Shown: positions 62,038 through 64,000 of the stretch, one piece after another
Numbering within the stretch: position 1 is the stretch's first letter
How the letters are laid out: every line of letters begins with the position of its first letter
From: Octopus sinensis
Lineage: Eukaryota
DNA length: 64,000 nt
NCBI RefSeq assembly: GCF_006345805.1
Contig: NC_043000.1
Span: forward strand, 152,830,001 to 152,894,000
Reading direction: 5' to 3'
Notes under the pieces: model-generated
Databases searched by the model: none
Seen by the model: the letters and a program-made list of their open reading frames with translations, nothing else
What the model was told of the DNA's origin: nothing
Made by a program: the position numbers and the translations under genes

Positions 62038-62346
62038 CCGTGATCACCGTGACCAACCAGGCTATCAGATGTTGTTACACATTGTTGGTCACAATGCGCT
62101 TCGCATTGTTTTAGCCTTCAAATGACGCCACCCCACTGGTTAAGCGAGCAGGCCAATAGAAGAAAGAGTGAGAGAAAGTTGTGGCGAAAGAGTACAACAG
62201 GGATCGCCACCACCCCCTGCTGGAGCCTCGTGGAGCTTTAGGTATTTTCGCTCAATAAACACTCACAACGCCTGGTCTGGGAATCGAAACTGCGATCCTA
62301 CGACCGCGAGTCCGCTGCCCTAACCACTAGGCCATTGCGCCTCCAC
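62038..62346 (-). mobile_element. SINE family 3, tail type A
   Basis: TSD atgtggttattatca at 62023-62037 and 62347-62361. Confidence 0.9.
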
Positions 62347-63180
62347 ATGTGGTTATTATCAGAAAGATAATTCCCGGTTTATCTTTTATAAAGTCATTGT
62401 ATCAAGATCTATACTGCATGGTAACTTTATATGTATATATATAATTTATTTTCTTAGATAAACGCACGAATATAACTTCGAGTTTCTCTCAAGACAAAAT
62501 AGCTCTCACCACTGAGTGTACCTCTAAGCAGTTGCTCAAAATGCTAGAAATAGTAGCTAGATCTCCTTTTGTCATACATTATGGAGTTATTATGAGAATA
62601 CATATTGTAACATAAACCGAAATACTTACGCTGGAAAAATAGGCTGGGTGGTCATGTGTGGAGCGCCTTTGATGATAAGTTTCCTTCGTTGGGACTGACC
62701 TGCGGCTAAATCACCAGTCTCATCACATATTACTTGCAGAGTTATGTTATCTTAGATTGATCAGTGCAAGCGAGATAACTCACAAAAACCATAGAGGTAT
62801 TTATTGCGAGTTGTGTCCCTTGCCTGTGATGTTGCTCCACGCATCAACGATGTTCCTGAGGGAGTTTTATCTCTGTAGTGTAAATAGGTTCGGTGGGTTA
62901 ATGTGGGAGGAGGCGATGTTTGATGTTATTGTGATCTTGATATGACAGCAGTATTAACATTTTATATGTTCAAACGTGCTTGTTTTGTATCCTAGTTTTA
63001 GTTTTTCCAGTTCTCGGATCAGTTTTCTCTGCTTTACAAATAGTATAAGTTTGACAATTTTGCTCTGGTCTTCCTTATAAGGTCATAATTATTAAATAAT
63101 ATACTTTTCATTATACATCTCTCTAATCGTCACCTTTGTGAGTACAAAATTATAATTATAATTGCTTAATTATCCTACAT

Positions 63181-63399
63181 CAGTGGTTTTCAACCAGGGT
63201 TCTGCGGAACCTTAGGGTACCGCCAGTACAGTTCAGGGGTTCCACAAGAAGTTATAAAACTGCTAAAATCGGCAGTAATTTTAAATTCTCCTGTGCAGAT
63301 ATGTGTGCATAAGACTATTAAATTATTGCACAGGGGTTCCTCGAGCCAGTGGAATGTTTCCTTGGGGTTCCACTCCAGCAAAAAGTTTGAAAAGCACTG
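63181..63399. mobile_element. hAT-type MITE
   Basis: cagtggttttcaac / tttgaaaagcactg TIRs; 8-bp TSD tcctacat. Confidence 0.88.
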
Positions 63400-64000
63400 T
63401 CCTACATGTTTGTATCATAAGTCAATTATTTAATTTTTTTGTTTAGTTCAGGTCTAGAGTTGTCACTTTGCTACCGAAGATGACATTCACTTCTCACAGC
63501 ATTCTATTGTTAATAATTTAAATTTACTGAAATTCCAAGATTATCTTCATGAGAATGTATTTTAATAATGATTTACAGCATGTAATTTGAATTTAATGGA
63601 ATGTCTTGGTTTACATATACAAGCATAGTTGTGTGGTTAAGAAGTTAGCTTGTCAACCACGTGGCTTTGTGTTCAATCCCACCATACAGAAACTTGGGCA
63701 AGGATCTTCTATTATAGCCCTGGGTTGACCAATACTTTGCAAAGGAATTTGGTGGATGGACACTGAAAGAAGTCTATTGTATATATATATGCAAACATGT
63801 GCATATGTGTTTGTGTGAATATCTTAACAGTACATTGAGCTACATTTATGGATAGTAGCTAGATCTCCTTTTGTCATACATTATGGAGTTGATATGGGAA
63901 TACATATTGTAACATGAACAGAAATACCTATGCTGGAAAAATAGGCTGGGTAGTCATGTGTGGAGCGCCTTTGATCATAAGTTTCCTCCGTTGGGACTGA

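Noticed and set aside
5716-62346. tRNA-like sequences at SINE heads
   Set aside because: A/B-box-like motifs run straight into SINE bodies with no acceptor stem closure; not tRNA genes
163-63381. Most ORFs in the supplied track (poly-YI, HT, II, HH, DD and similar)
   Set aside because: They are translations of microsatellites or SINE/LINE fragments, without coding-like context
60964-64000. Gephyrin exon 7 (expected ECF-like start)
   Set aside because: No matching frame with splice sites found; presumably beyond the window

Overview
AT-rich, microsatellite- and retroposon-dense metazoan DNA. The SINE and LINE repertoire fits a coleoid cephalopod, most likely Octopus (inference). The right half holds the 5' part of a gephyrin gene (+ strand): coding exons 1-6 at 32859-60963 encode an intact G-domain; exon 7 was not found in the window. 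The left end holds a candidate minus-strand gene for an N-terminally anchored membrane protein (exons 11786-11821 and 76-140). The rest is mostly transposon-derived: tRNA-headed SINEs, CR1-like, RTE, Dong/R4, Tx1 and Penelope-like retroelements, mariner/maT, Helitron, hAT and piggyBac-type elements. The most notable signal is six hand-folded type I hammerhead ribozyme motifs, in sequence contexts that are mostly unrelated. All have a palindromic or near-palindromic stem III (dimer type). One sits in the tail of a tRNA-headed SINE, and two with a CCGANGA core lie sense inside gephyrin intron 3. The window also has many fold-back or back-to-back element ends and a sharp CpG-decay contrast at the gephyrin gene body. 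All folds, counts and coordinates were read by eye; TE boundaries are approximate unless a TSD or TIR is quoted.
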